Part shown: in pieces, positions 9,114 through 18,773 of the stretch | How the letters are laid out: every line of letters begins with the position of its first letter | Position numbering within the stretch: the first letter of the stretch is position 1 | Source: an uncultured delta proteobacterium | Lineage (GTDB): Bacteria; Desulfobacterota; Binatia; DP-6 | Assembly (NCBI GenBank): GCA_963815115.1 | Contig: CAWFFN010000005.1 | Coordinates: forward strand, 768,001-832,000 | Length of the DNA stretch: 64,000 nucleotides | Direction of reading: 5' to 3' | The notes under the pieces: model-generated | The model's database searches: none | Seen by the model: only the letters and a program-made list of their open reading frames with translations | Told to the model about the DNA's origin: nothing | Program-made: the position numbers and the translations under genes

Positions 9114-9690
9114 GAAATCCGGTCCCCTGATGCGGCTCGCCGGCTGGATGATGCGGCGTCAGTTCGGGAAGAGCCTGACGCCCTGGCAGGTGATCTTCAC
9201 CCGGCTGCCGCGTGCGGTTCCCACCCAGCTCGCGGTGTACTGGGGGCTCGAGAAGGGCCTATCCCTCGCGCCCGACCTCCAGCTCCTGATCCAGAGCCAC
9301 GTCGCTTCGCTCAACGGCTGCACCTTCTGCGTCGACATCGGACGCGCCATCGCAACCTACCGGGGCCTCACGCTGGAGAAGCTGGACGCGGTGGCGAGCT
9401 GGCGCACGAGCCCGCTCTTCGACGCCGCCGAGCGCGCCGCCCTGGGGTACGTGGAGGAGGCGACCCGCACCAAGCGCGCCTCCGACGCCACCTTCGCCGA
9501 GCTGCGGGCGCACTTCGACGACCGCCAGATCGTCGCCATCACCTGGCTCAACGCCGTCGAGAACTACTTCAACCTGCTGAATGGCCCGCTGGGAATCGAA
9601 TCCGACGGCCTGTGCGCCATCGCCGAGCGCCGGACCGGTCGAGTCGTGCCCGCGTCGCCCGCGCCGGCCGCGCGCGCCGCGACCCGGTGA
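9094..9690 (+). CDS. Carboxymuconolactone decarboxylase/AhpD-like protein
   Basis: GGAGG SD; VASLNGCTFCVDIG (CxxC), FDAAERAALGYVEEAT, HFDDRQIV. Confidence 0.85.
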   Translation: MRIAPIEKSGPLMRLAGWMMRRQFGKSLTPWQVIFTRLPRAVPTQLAVYWGLEKGLSLAPDLQLLIQSHVASLNGCTFCVDIGRAIATYRGLTLEKLDAVASWRTSPLFDAAERAALGYVEEATRTKRASDATFAELRAHFDDRQIVAITWLNAVENYFNLLNGPLGIESDGLCAIAERRTGRVVPASPAPAARAATR

Positions 9691-9771
9691 GCGCGAGACC
9701 CCCGGCGCCCGCCTGGCCGCGCGTGAGGGCGATCCACCGGATGCTGTGACGCCACCGGAGCGGTCGCGATG

Positions 9772-10176
9772 CTACCGCCCCAGAACGGTCCACCCGAGCG
9801 AGCGCGCGGCCTGAGCCTGGCGGACGTCGTAGGTGAGAAACGGCAAGCCACCTGCACCTGCCCGTTCGGCCGCAGCCAGGTGGAGCGCATCGAGCGTGCG
9901 GACCTGCAGCGTCTCGGCAAGGACGCCGGCGCGTTCACAGGTGGTCTCGTCGAGCTCCACGACCAGCATCCGCGACCAGTCCGCACGAAAGACCGTGCGC
10001 ACGCGGGCACGTTCGGGCCCGCGCAGGAGCCGGCCCAGGTTGCGGAGCACCTCGACCCAGGTATGGCGCGCCGTGACCCACGACGGATCTGCTACCAGCA
10101 AGCGCTCGCACGCCGTGCTGTCGTCCTCGTCGACGTAGCGCTTGAGCAGCGCGCTGGTGTCGACGTACAGGCTCAC
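9772..10176 (-). CDS. vapC: Type II TA toxin, VapC/PIN domain
   Basis: LYVDTSALLKRY, RTLDALHLAAA, FLTYD; GTGA overlap with the antitoxin stop. Confidence 0.9.
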   Translation of the reverse strand: MSLYVDTSALLKRYVDEDDSTACERLLVADPSWVTARHTWVEVLRNLGRLLRGPERARVRTVFRADWSRMLVVELDETTCERAGVLAETLQVRTLDALHLAAAERAGAGGLPFLTYDVRQAQAARSLGWTVLGR

Positions 10177-10436
10177 TCGCCACGGTCCTCCGCGAGCGCT
10201 TCGTCGATGCGCACGACGCCGCGCGCGCGGCGGACTTTGGCAGGCGGCGGAACCCGACCTGCTGGCGCCGAGATCCAACCCTGGCTGACACCTTCCTCCA
10301 GGCGGGGTGCGGCCGGCAAGGGCGCGAGGATGGCCTTGGGCACCCCACGATCCGTCACCCGGATCGTTTCTCCCCGGGCGACACGCTCGAGGTATCGAGA
10401 CAGCCGTTGCTTCAGCTCGCGGACGCCGACGTCCAT
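10173..10436 (-). CDS. Type II TA antitoxin, Phd/YefM family
   Basis: VGVRELKQRLSRYLERVARGETIRVTDRGVPKAIL. Confidence 0.9.
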   Translation of the reverse strand: MDVGVRELKQRLSRYLERVARGETIRVTDRGVPKAILAPLPAAPRLEEGVSQGWISAPAGRVPPPAKVRRARGVVRIDEALAEDRGE

Positions 10437-10439
10437 GGG

Positions 10440-10469
10440 GCCACATTACACGGGCGATGTGGCTACATC
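10440..10469. promoter_or_regulatory. TA operon -10 element and operator palindromes
   Basis: TAATGT (minus strand, 10448-10443) lies 6 nt before the antitoxin ATG; palindrome GATGT-GGCT-ACATC (10456-10469) and inverted repeat GCCACAT/ATGTGGC. Confidence 0.55.
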
Positions 10470-10631
10470 AAAGCCTTTCGCCCGACGCCCCCGCCGTCGC
10501 GCAGATTCACCTCGATGCGACCGAGCTCAGCGCGCCTCGTGACCTCGCAAGGCACTGCTCCTTGAACTTGGCGCGAACTTGGCCGCGGGGATCGTCTTCG
10601 CCATGAGCGCGGTCTACCACTGTTCAGAAAA

Positions 10632-11265
10632 GTGTCCGTCTCGGCGGACGCGGCCCCGCGCCGGCGCTTCCCGTCTACCCGCCCGAGTCCCAGCGAGGAA
10701 GGGGTCTTCCGCCATGAGGGCGACTACTGGACCAGTACCTACGGCGAGCGCACGGTGCGGGTCCGCGATGGCCGCGGCCTCGGGTATCTGGCGCAGCTGC
10801 TGCGCCACCCCGGTCGGAAGATGCCCGCGACCTTCCTGGCGGGCGGCCAGAACGCCAACGGCCGACATGCGGATCGCGATGACGAGACCGTCGTGGCCAG
10901 CGACCTGGGCGATGCCGGTCCGCTCCTCGACGCGCGGGCGGCCGCAGAGTACCGCCGACGGGCCGTGGAGCTGCACGCCGAGCTGGCCGAGGCCGAGGCG
11001 CGCAACGACCTGGGACAGCTCGCGCGAATCCGCGGGGAGATCGAGCTGCTGCGGACGCACCTGGCGGCGCTGCACGGCGGCCGGCGGACGGCGTCCCATG
11101 CCGAGCGCGCCCCGGCTGACCGTCACCAAGGGGATCAAGGCGGCACTGGCACGGCTGGGAGCGGCGCATCCGGCGCTGGGTGAGCATCTCACGGCGACGG
11201 TGAGACGAGGCTACCTCTGCGTCTACCGCCCCGACCCCCGGCGGCCGATCCGCTGGCGCGAGTGA
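10632..11265 (+). pseudogene. Frameshifted stand-alone C-terminal domain of the type found on large ATPase transcriptional regulators
   Basis: VFRHEGDYWT...RDGRGLGYLAQLLRHPG...DLGDAGPLLDARA...AERA continues in another frame as RLTVTKGIKAAL...HPALGEHL...GYLCVYRPDP. An extra C in a CCCC run near 11110 explains the shift. Confidence 0.7.
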
Positions 11266-11437
11266 AGGCAACCGCTGCAACAGCGTCCCGCCGAGGCGCA
11301 CCGGGTACTCCGCCGCTCGCCGGCACAGCGGTTCGGCCGCGGCGTCGCGGAGATTGAGCCCGGCGTTCCGGACGGCGGCTTTCCGCAGCGCCTGGCATGC
11401 CGCACCCGGGCGGCCCGGGGCCTGACTGGCTCCAAAC

Positions 11438-12211
11438 CTACCGGATGCGGCCGTCGAGCGGGCTCGACGCCGCGGCGTGCAGCTTCGCCTCGATGCGCCC
11501 GGCGAGAAAGGCCTTGCGGCCGGCGTCGACGCCGAGCCGCATCGCCTCCGCCATCAGGATCGGATCGCGCGCGCCGGCGATGGCCGTGTTCATGAGGACG
11601 GCGTCGCAGCCGAGCTCGAGAGCCTCTGCCGCGTGCGAAGCCGTGCCGACCCCGGCGTCGACGATCACCGGGACGCGGCTCTGCTCGACGATGATGCGCA
11701 GGTTGAACGGGTTGCGGATGCCGAGCCCCGACCCGATGGGTGCGGCCAGCGGCATGACGGCGACGCAGCCGAGGTCCTCGAGCCGCTTGCAGGCCACCGG
11801 GTCGTCGGTGACGTAGGGCAACACCCGGAACCCTTCGGCGACGAGCTGCCGCGCCGCCTCGATCGTCGCGGGCACGTCCGGGAACAGCGTCCGCTCGTCG
11901 CCGATCACCTCGAGCTTCACCAGGGTGCCGACGCCCGCCTCGCGCGCCAGCCGCACGGTGCGCACGGCGTCCTCGGCCGTGTAGCAGCCCGCGGTGTTGG
12001 GCAGGATCGTGAAGCGGTCGAGCGGGAGGTGGTCGAGCAGGTTCTCCTTGCCCGGATCGGTGATGTTCACGCGCCGGACCGCGACCGTGACGATCTCCGC
12101 TCCGGACGCGTCCACCGCGCGGCGGGTCTCCTCGAACGAGCGGTATTTCCCGGTGCCGACGATGAGGCGCGAGTGGTACTCGCGACCGGCGAGGACGAAG
12201 GGATCCGTCAT
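11438..12211 (-). CDS. thiG: Thiazole synthase
   Basis: [45 protein letters not shown]. Confidence 0.97.
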   Translation of the reverse strand: MTDPFVLAGREYHSRLIVGTGKYRSFEETRRAVDASGAEIVTVAVRRVNITDPGKENLLDHLPLDRFTILPNTAGCYTAEDAVRTVRLAREAGVGTLVKLEVIGDERTLFPDVPATIEAARQLVAEGFRVLPYVTDDPVACKRLEDLGCVAVMPLAAPIGSGLGIRNPFNLRIIVEQSRVPVIVDAGVGTASHAAEALELGCDAVLMNTAIAGARDPILMAEAMRLGVDAGRKAFLAGRIEAKLHAAASSPLDGRIR

Positions 12212-12216
12212 TGCGT

Positions 12217-12417
12217 TCAGCCGCCCCCGACGAAGTGGATGACCTCGATGGCGTCGCCCTCGCGCAGCGTCGTGCTGGGGTACGCGGCGCGCGGGACGAC
12301 CGCGCGGTTCACCTCGACGGCGATGCGCCGCGCACCGAGGCCGAGGATGGCCACCAGATCCGCCACGGTCGCGCCGTCGGGCAGCGCGCGCTGTTCGTCG
12401 TTCACCACCACCGTCAC
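12217..12417 (-). CDS. thiS: Sulfur carrier protein
   Basis: 66 aa, [13 protein letters not shown]-terminal [10 protein letters not shown]; directly upstream of thiG. Confidence 0.93.
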   Translation of the reverse strand: MTVVVNDEQRALPDGATVADLVAILGLGARRIAVEVNRAVVPRAAYPSTTLREGDAIEVIHFVGGG

Positions 12418-12470
12418 CGTACGCCCGACGATATCGTCCCGCCGGGAGCCTGACAACAACTCCCGCCGTC

Positions 12471-13511
12471 TCACGCCGGTGCGGGGGGCTCCAGCGGATA
12501 GCCCGCCTCCCGCCACGCGCGCACGCCGCCGTCGAGCGCGACGGCGCGCGTGTACCCGAGCGTGCGAAGCATCGCCGCCGCCAGGGTCGAGATCTTGCCG
12601 AACTCGCAGTACAGGAGAATGCGCGCCGTCGGATCCGGGAGCTCCTTGTCCACGCGGAGCTCGAGCTGGCCGCGCGGGATGTGGCGCGCTCGCGGGATGT
12701 GGCCCGCCTCGTAGGCGTCGCGTTCGCGCACGTCGAGGACGACGAGTTCCGGGTCGGACTCGGTGACCCGCGCGCGCACCTCCTCCATCGACATGAACGC
12801 GATCCGGCGCGCCGCCTCGTCGAGCATCTGCGCGACCGTCTTCCCGCCCGTCCGGTTGGCGCGCAGCGCCTCGGTGAGGTGGTCGGGCAGATCGATCTTG
12901 AGCGCCCGCATCTGGGCGACGAAGTCGGCTGGCTCGCGGTGCTGGAGCCGGGGATTCTCGGCCTTCTCCCGGCCGAGCGTGGTGACCGGGGTACCCTTGT
13001 AGTTGTGGCCCGGGAAGACCTGCAGGGCGTCGTCGAGGCGAAGGAGCTTCCCGAAGAGGCTCTCGTACAACGCCTCGGGGTTCCCCGTCGGCAGGTCCGT
13101 TCGCCCGGTCCCGAGGCGGAGCAGGGTGTCGCCGGTGAGCACGCGATCGGCGAGCACGAGCGAGATCGAGTCGTCGGTGTGGCCCGGAGTGTACAGGACG
13201 CGCAGCCGGAGACGCCCGGCGATGATCGTCTCGCCGTCGTCCACGCGCACGTCGACGTAGGGCGCGGGGCTGGCGCGGTGCATGACGATCGGCACGCCGA
13301 GGCGCCGGCCCAGCTCGCGCGTCGCCGAGAAGTGGTCCGCGTGCGTGTGCGTGTCGACGAGGTACTGGAGCCGCACGCCGGTCTTCGCGGTCAGCGCGAG
13401 GTAGCGGTCGATCTGGCTCAGTTCGGGGTCGACGAGGATCGCGGAGCAGGTGTCGGGACAGCCGATCAGGTACGACAGGCAGCCACCGGTGCGCACCTCC
13501 TCGAAGATCAT
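12471..13511 (-). CDS. MBL-fold persulfide dioxygenase-like + rhodanese fusion
   Basis: [24 protein letters not shown]...GRTD, PGHNY; C-terminal rhodanese LDVRE...GHIPRA...LYCEFG...LDGGVRAW. Confidence 0.85.
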   Translation of the reverse strand: MIFEEVRTGGCLSYLIGCPDTCSAILVDPELSQIDRYLALTAKTGVRLQYLVDTHTHADHFSATRELGRRLGVPIVMHRASPAPYVDVRVDDGETIIAGRLRLRVLYTPGHTDDSISLVLADRVLTGDTLLRLGTGRTDLPTGNPEALYESLFGKLLRLDDALQVFPGHNYKGTPVTTLGREKAENPRLQHREPADFVAQMRALKIDLPDHLTEALRANRTGGKTVAQMLDEAARRIAFMSMEEVRARVTESDPELVVLDVRERDAYEAGHIPRARHIPRGQLELRVDKELPDPTARILLYCEFGKISTLAAAMLRTLGYTRAVALDGGVRAWREAGYPLEPPAPA

Positions 13512-13543
13512 CCCGCGATTGTCCGCCTCGCCCGGGCGCGCCG

Positions 13544-14065
13544 TCAACGCCCGGGCGCTTCGCACGGCTCGCCCGGCTGCGCGACCAGATCGAGCACCTC
13601 CCCGGCGAGCCGGATGACGCAGTCGCGCAGCTCGTCGTCGAGATCGAGCACCAGCTCGCGGGCGGACGCCATCCACTGCTCGTGCACGCCTTCCTGGAAG
13701 AAGAGCGGCAGCAGCCGGACGAAGGTCTCGATGCCGAAACGGATCACGTCGATGTCGCGCCGCAAGGGCTCGGACGGCATCCCCGTGGCATTGCGGAAGA
13801 CGTGCACGTAGAGGCTGGCGTGCGGGTTGGGGAGCACCGTGACGCCGGTCTCGGAGGCGGTCTGCTCCGCGATCCGGCACCACGTCGCATCGCGTTCCAG
13901 AATCTTGAGGATCGGCTCGCGGTCCGACTGGGGGAGCTTCGCGAACACGCGCAGCACGCGCTCGGTGAGCGGGTCGGCCGTGAGCTTCTCGGCCAGCTCG
14001 TGCGCGGTGACCAGGATCGCCTGGAGCGCATCGAGCCGCGTCGCCGGAACATCGGCGGCAGTCAT
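13544..14065 (-). CDS. Hypothetical protein
   Basis: Clean ORF with protein-like composition ([10 protein letters not shown]-type segment), co-oriented with the MBL-rhodanese gene. Confidence 0.6.
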   Translation of the reverse strand: MTAADVPATRLDALQAILVTAHELAEKLTADPLTERVLRVFAKLPQSDREPILKILERDATWCRIAEQTASETGVTVLPNPHASLYVHVFRNATGMPSEPLRRDIDVIRFGIETFVRLLPLFFQEGVHEQWMASARELVLDLDDELRDCVIRLAGEVLDLVAQPGEPCEAPGR

Positions 14066-14180
14066 GCCAGCAGAGTGCGGGATCCGAGCCGAGCGGATCA
14101 AGGGATATTTCGGCGCGCGGCGTCTCGCGAAGATGACAACCTGCGGCCTGCTTGGTATGGGACGTGGTCGTCGGAGCCGC

Positions 14181-15320
14181 ATGCAGGACATGGAGGGCAG
14201 GACCCAGGGCAGACCCACGATCGCCGAGGTGAGCCTCAATGCCCTGCGCGACAACTGCCGTCAGGCGGTGGCGCTGGTGCCCGCCGGGGTGTCGGTGCTC
14301 GCGGTGGTGAAGGCCGATGGCTACGGCCACGGGGCGGCGCCCGCGGCGCGCGCGTTCCTCGACGGCGGTGCGACCGGGCTCGGCGTCTCCATGGTCAGCG
14401 AGGGGAGCGAGCTCCGCCGCGCGGGCATCGAGGCGCCGGTGGTGGTCCTCGGTGGCGCCTTCCCCGGTGAGGAGGCGGCGGCGGTGGCGCACGATCTGGC
14501 CGTCGCCGTGTGGACCCTCGAGGGCGGCCGCGCCCTGGCCGCCGCTGCACGTGCCGCGGGCCGCACGGCTGCCATCCACCTCAAGGTGAACACGGGAATG
14601 ACGCGGCTCGGATGCGAGGTGGAAGACGTGCGCGCGCTGGGGGAGTCGTTGGCCGGCGAGCTGCATCTCCGGCTCGAAGGCGTGTTCTCCCATTTCGCCT
14701 CCGCCGAAGCCGTCGAGACGGAGTCGGCGCGGGCCCAGCTGGCACGTTTCGCCGCGGCCGTGGAGGAGCTGGCCGCGGCCGGGATTCGCCCGCCCCAGGT
14801 CCATCTCGCCAACAGCGCCGCCGTCCTCGCCGAGCCGTCGGCGCACTTCACCATGGTGCGGCCGGGCCTGATGCTCTACGGCTACGCGCCGGCACCGCAC
14901 CTGGCGGCGCGCGCGCGGCTGCGGCCCGCGATGCGGCTTCGCACGCGCATCGCCCAGGTCCGCCGCGTGCCCGCCGGGACACCCGTGGGCTACGGCGGCA
15001 CGTGGACCGCCGCGCGCGTGTCGTGTCTGGCCACGCTGCCCCTCGGCTACGCCGACGGCTACCGTCGTGCGGCGTCGAACCGCGGCCACATGCTGGTCGG
15101 CGCCCGGCGCGTGCCGGTGGCCGGCCGGGTGTGCATGGATCACGTCATGCTGGACGTCACCGACGCCCCGGAGCCGCGTGCGGGCGACCCGGTGACCGTC
15201 TTCGGCCCGAGTCTCGGGGCGGACGAGGTGGCGGGCTGGAGCGACACCATCGCGTACGAGGTGCTCACGTCCGTCGGCAAGCGCGTCCCGCGCGTCTACG
15301 TGGAGGAGTTCGATGCCTAG
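14181..15320 (+). CDS. alr: Alanine racemase
   Basis: AVVKADGYGHG, HLKVNTGMTRLG, SHFASA, HLANSAA, VRPGLMLYG, GYADGY, GRVCMD. Confidence 0.96.
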   Translation: MQDMEGRTQGRPTIAEVSLNALRDNCRQAVALVPAGVSVLAVVKADGYGHGAAPAARAFLDGGATGLGVSMVSEGSELRRAGIEAPVVVLGGAFPGEEAAAVAHDLAVAVWTLEGGRALAAAARAAGRTAAIHLKVNTGMTRLGCEVEDVRALGESLAGELHLRLEGVFSHFASAEAVETESARAQLARFAAAVEELAAAGIRPPQVHLANSAAVLAEPSAHFTMVRPGLMLYGYAPAPHLAARARLRPAMRLRTRIAQVRRVPAGTPVGYGGTWTAARVSCLATLPLGYADGYRRAASNRGHMLVGARRVPVAGRVCMDHVMLDVTDAPEPRAGDPVTVFGPSLGADEVAGWSDTIAYEVLTSVGKRVPRVYVEEFDA

Positions 15321-16857
15321 GGTGAAGCGGGCGCTGCTCAGCGTCTCCGACAAGCGCGGATTGCTCGAGCTGGCGCGCGGACTGCGCGAGCTCGGAGTCG
15401 AGATGCTGTCGACCGGCGGGACGGCGAAGCTGCTCGCCGACGCCGGGCTCCCGGTGACGCAGGTGAGCGACTACACCGGCTTCCCCGAGATGCTCGACGG
15501 CCGCGTGAAGACCCTGCACCCGAAGATCCACGGCGGCCTGCTCGGACGGCGCGACCTGCCGGCCCATCTGGCTGCCATGCGGGAGCACGGCATCGAGCCG
15601 ATCGATCTCGTGGTGGTGAACCTGTATCCCTTCCGGGAGACCATCGCGAAGCCGGGCACCACGCTCGAGGAGGCCATCGAGCAGATCGACATCGGCGGCC
15701 CGTCGATGCTGCGGTCGGCGGCCAAGAACCACGCCGCGGTGACCGTCCTCGTCGACCCCGACGACTACGCGTCGGTGCTGGGCGAGCTGCGCGCGTCCGG
15801 GGGCGAGGTGTCGGCGGCGACCAACCGCCGCCTCGCCCAGAAGGTCTTCCACGTGACGGCCTCGTACGACGGCGCGATCGCCGACTATCTCGGAGCGCGC
15901 GCCGAGACCGCATTCGGCGAGACCTTCCACTGGAGCGGTGCCAAGGCTCTCGACATGCGCTACGGCGAGAACCCGCACCAGCGTGCCGCGCTCTACGGCG
16001 GCTTCCTGTGCGTCGCCGAGCCGCTGCACGGCAAGGAGCTCTCCTACAACAACGTCGTCGACATCGACGCGGCCCTGGCGCTGGCCAGCGAGTTCCTCGC
16101 CGGGCCCGGGACGGCCGTGGCCATCCTGAAACACAACACGCCGTGCGGCGTCGGCGTGGGGCGGGACGCCCGCGAGGCCTGGCAGCGAGCGTACGCGACC
16201 GATCCCGAATCGCCCTTCGGGGGCATCGTGGTCTCGACCACGCCGTTCACGGAAGCCCTGGCGCAGGCGGTCGACGAGATCTTCACCGAGGTGCTGATCG
16301 CGCCCGCGTTCGAGCCCGCGGCCTGGGAGCTGCTCACCCGGAAGAAGGCGCGCCGCCTGGTGCGCTGGAATCCGGCTGCGGCGCCGGTCGACCGGCCCGT
16401 CATGCGCGGCGTCGTCGCGGGTCTGCTGGTGCAGGACGCGGACCGTTCCATCGAAGATGCCCGCACGGCGAAGGTCGTGACCCGGCGCGCCCCCAGCGAC
16501 GAGGAGCTCCGGGCCCTCGACTTCGCCTGGCGCGTGGTCAAGCACGTCAAGTCGAACGCCATCGTGTTCGCGGCCGCCGACCGCACGCTCGCCCTCGGTG
16601 GCGGGCAGACCTCGCGGGTCGAGCCGGTGCGGGCCGCGCGGGCGCGTGCCGAGCGCCTGCACATCTCGCTCGCCGGCTCGGTGCTCGCGAGCGACGCGTT
16701 CTTTCCCTTCGCGGACGGCCTCGAGGAGGCGATCGCCGCGGGCGCCACCGCCGTCATCCAGCCCGGCGGCAGCACGCGCGACGAGGAGGTGATCCGTGCG
16801 GCCGACGCGCGCGGCGTCGCCATGGTCTTCACCGGCATCCGGCACTTCCGGCACTGA
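15313..16857 (+). CDS. purH: Bifunctional AICAR formyltransferase/IMP cyclohydrolase
   Basis: RALLSVSDK, STGGT, GRVKTLHP, IDIGGPSM, RYGENPHQ, ASDAFFPF, TGIRHFRH. Confidence 0.98.
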   Translation: MPRVKRALLSVSDKRGLLELARGLRELGVEMLSTGGTAKLLADAGLPVTQVSDYTGFPEMLDGRVKTLHPKIHGGLLGRRDLPAHLAAMREHGIEPIDLVVVNLYPFRETIAKPGTTLEEAIEQIDIGGPSMLRSAAKNHAAVTVLVDPDDYASVLGELRASGGEVSAATNRRLAQKVFHVTASYDGAIADYLGARAETAFGETFHWSGAKALDMRYGENPHQRAALYGGFLCVAEPLHGKELSYNNVVDIDAALALASEFLAGPGTAVAILKHNTPCGVGVGRDAREAWQRAYATDPESPFGGIVVSTTPFTEALAQAVDEIFTEVLIAPAFEPAAWELLTRKKARRLVRWNPAAAPVDRPVMRGVVAGLLVQDADRSIEDARTAKVVTRRAPSDEELRALDFAWRVVKHVKSNAIVFAAADRTLALGGGQTSRVEPVRAARARAERLHISLAGSVLASDAFFPFADGLEEAIAAGATAVIQPGGSTRDEEVIRAADARGVAMVFTGIRHFRH

Positions 16858-18153
16858 GTGATGCGCGTTCTCGTCGTCGGCGGGGGAGGCCGCGAGCACG
16901 CGCTCGCCTGGAAGCTCGCCCGCAGCCCCCGCGTGGAGGCGGTGTGGTGCGCCCCCGGCAATGCGGGCATCGCGGAGGTGGCGACCTGCGTCCCCATCGC
17001 GGTCGACGACGTGAAAGGCCTCGCGCGCTTCGCCCACGAGCACGGGATCGATCTCACCGTGGTCGGCCCCGAGCTGCCGCTCACGCTCGGCCTGGTCGAT
17101 CGCTTCGCGCAGGACGGCCTCCGTGCCTTCGGCCCCACGGCCGCGGCGGCGCGGCTGGAGGGATCCAAGGTCTTCGCCAAGGAGCTGCTGCGCCAGCTCC
17201 GGTTGCCCACGGCGTTCTTCGGTGCGTTCGCCGATCCGGACGAGGCGGCGCGGTTCGTCGACGAGGTCGGCGCCCCGGTCGTCGTGAAGGCCGACGGCCT
17301 CGCCGCCGGCAAGGGCGTCTTCATCTGCCCGACGGTGCGCGAGGCACGGGAAGCGGTGGATCAGATCATGCGCCAGCGGCTGTTCGGTGACGCCGGCTCC
17401 CGGGTCGTGGTCGAGGAGTTCCTGGAGGGCGAGGAGCTGTCGTTCATGGCGATCAGCGATGGCGACACCGTGCTGCCGCTCGAGCCGTCGCAGGACCACA
17501 AGCGCGCGCTCGACGGCGACCGCGGTCCGAATACCGGCGGCATGGGAGCCTACTCGCCCGTTCCCCTGATGACGGAGGGGCTCCGCGACCACGTGATGCG
17601 CGACATCATGGAGCCGCTGGTGATCGGGCTGGCGCGGCAGGGCGTGCGCTACACGGGCGTTCTCTACGCCGGGCTCATGGTGCGCGAGGGCCGTGCCAAG
17701 GTCCTCGAGTTCAACGTGCGCTTCGGCGACCCCGAGGCCCAGGTCCTGATGCTGCGGCTGACGTCCGACCTGGCGGCGCTGATGGAAGCGGCCTGCGAGG
17801 GCTCCCTGGCCGACGAGACGGTGACCTGGGATCCGCGGGCGGCGGCCTGCGTCGTGCTGGCCGCCGAGGGGTACCCCGGCACGGTCGAGCGCGGCCGACC
17901 CATCCACGGGCTCGACGCGCTCGATGGCTGGACCGGCGGGGTCGTCTTTCATTCCGCGACGCGACGCGAGAACGGCCGGGTGGTCACCGACGGCGGCCGC
18001 GTCCTCGGCGTCACCGCTCGCGGCGGCACCGTCGCGGACGCGGTCGCCGAGGCCTACGCCGCGGTCGCCCGCATCGCATGGCCCGGCATGCACTACCGGC
18101 AGGACATCGGACACCGGGCGGTCGGGCGTCCGCCGGAGGAGCAGCGTTCCTGA
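16858..18153 (+). CDS. purD: Phosphoribosylamine-glycine ligase
   Basis: VGGGGREHALAW, VVGPE, KADGLAAGKGV, QDHKRA..GD.GPNTGGMG, EFNVRFGDPE. Confidence 0.98.
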   Translation: MMRVLVVGGGGREHALAWKLARSPRVEAVWCAPGNAGIAEVATCVPIAVDDVKGLARFAHEHGIDLTVVGPELPLTLGLVDRFAQDGLRAFGPTAAAARLEGSKVFAKELLRQLRLPTAFFGAFADPDEAARFVDEVGAPVVVKADGLAAGKGVFICPTVREAREAVDQIMRQRLFGDAGSRVVVEEFLEGEELSFMAISDGDTVLPLEPSQDHKRALDGDRGPNTGGMGAYSPVPLMTEGLRDHVMRDIMEPLVIGLARQGVRYTGVLYAGLMVREGRAKVLEFNVRFGDPEAQVLMLRLTSDLAALMEAACEGSLADETVTWDPRAAACVVLAAEGYPGTVERGRPIHGLDALDGWTGGVVFHSATRRENGRVVTDGGRVLGVTARGGTVADAVAEAYAAVARIAWPGMHYRQDIGHRAVGRPPEEQRS

Positions 18154-18773
18154 GCACGCCGGAGGCCGGAGCCGTTGCCGCTGCCGTCGAAGCGCTCGCC
18201 GCCGGCGGGCTGGTCGTCTTCCCCACCGAGACCGTCTACGGGCTCGGTGCGAAGGCGCGATCGCCGGAAGCCGTGGAACGCCTGGTGGCGGTGCGCGGGC
18301 GCGAGGCGGACAAGCCCATTCTCGTCCTCGTCGCCGATCTCTCCATGGCGGCATCGGTGAGCCGCGAGCCATCGCGGGAGGCGCGGCGCCTGGCCGACCG
18401 CTTCTGGCCGGGCGCACTGACCCTCGTGCTGCCCGCGCGCGACGGTCTGCCGGCGCCCCTCACGGCGGGTACCGGCACGATCGGCGTGCGCGTTCCGGCG
18501 CATCCGACGGCGCGCGCGCTGGTCGCCGGCCTGGGCGGACCCGTGACGGCGCCGAGCGCGAACCCCCCCGGAGCGGAGCCGCCCCGCACGCTGGCGGCGG
18601 CGCGCGCCTACTTCGGCGACGCGGTCGCGGTGTACGTCGACGGCGGCGCGTTGCCGGGCGGCGGGTCGACGGTGGCGTCGGTGGACGGAGGGGAGCTGCG
18701 CGTGCTGCGCGCCGGACCGGTTCCCGAGTCGGCGCTGCGAGCGGCGCTGGACGAGGTGCCATGGCCGTCGTGA
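18150..18773 (+). CDS. tsaC: L-threonylcarbamoyladenylate synthase (Sua5/YrdC)
   Basis: FPTETVYGL, FWPGALTL, IGVRVP, APSAN. Start uncertain: CTG 18150 with GGAGGA SD, or ATG 18078 inside purD. Confidence 0.9.
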   Translation: MSTPEAGAVAAAVEALAAGGLVVFPTETVYGLGAKARSPEAVERLVAVRGREADKPILVLVADLSMAASVSREPSREARRLADRFWPGALTLVLPARDGLPAPLTAGTGTIGVRVPAHPTARALVAGLGGPVTAPSANPPGAEPPRTLAAARAYFGDAVAVYVDGGALPGGGSTVASVDGGELRVLRAGPVPESALRAALDEVPWPS

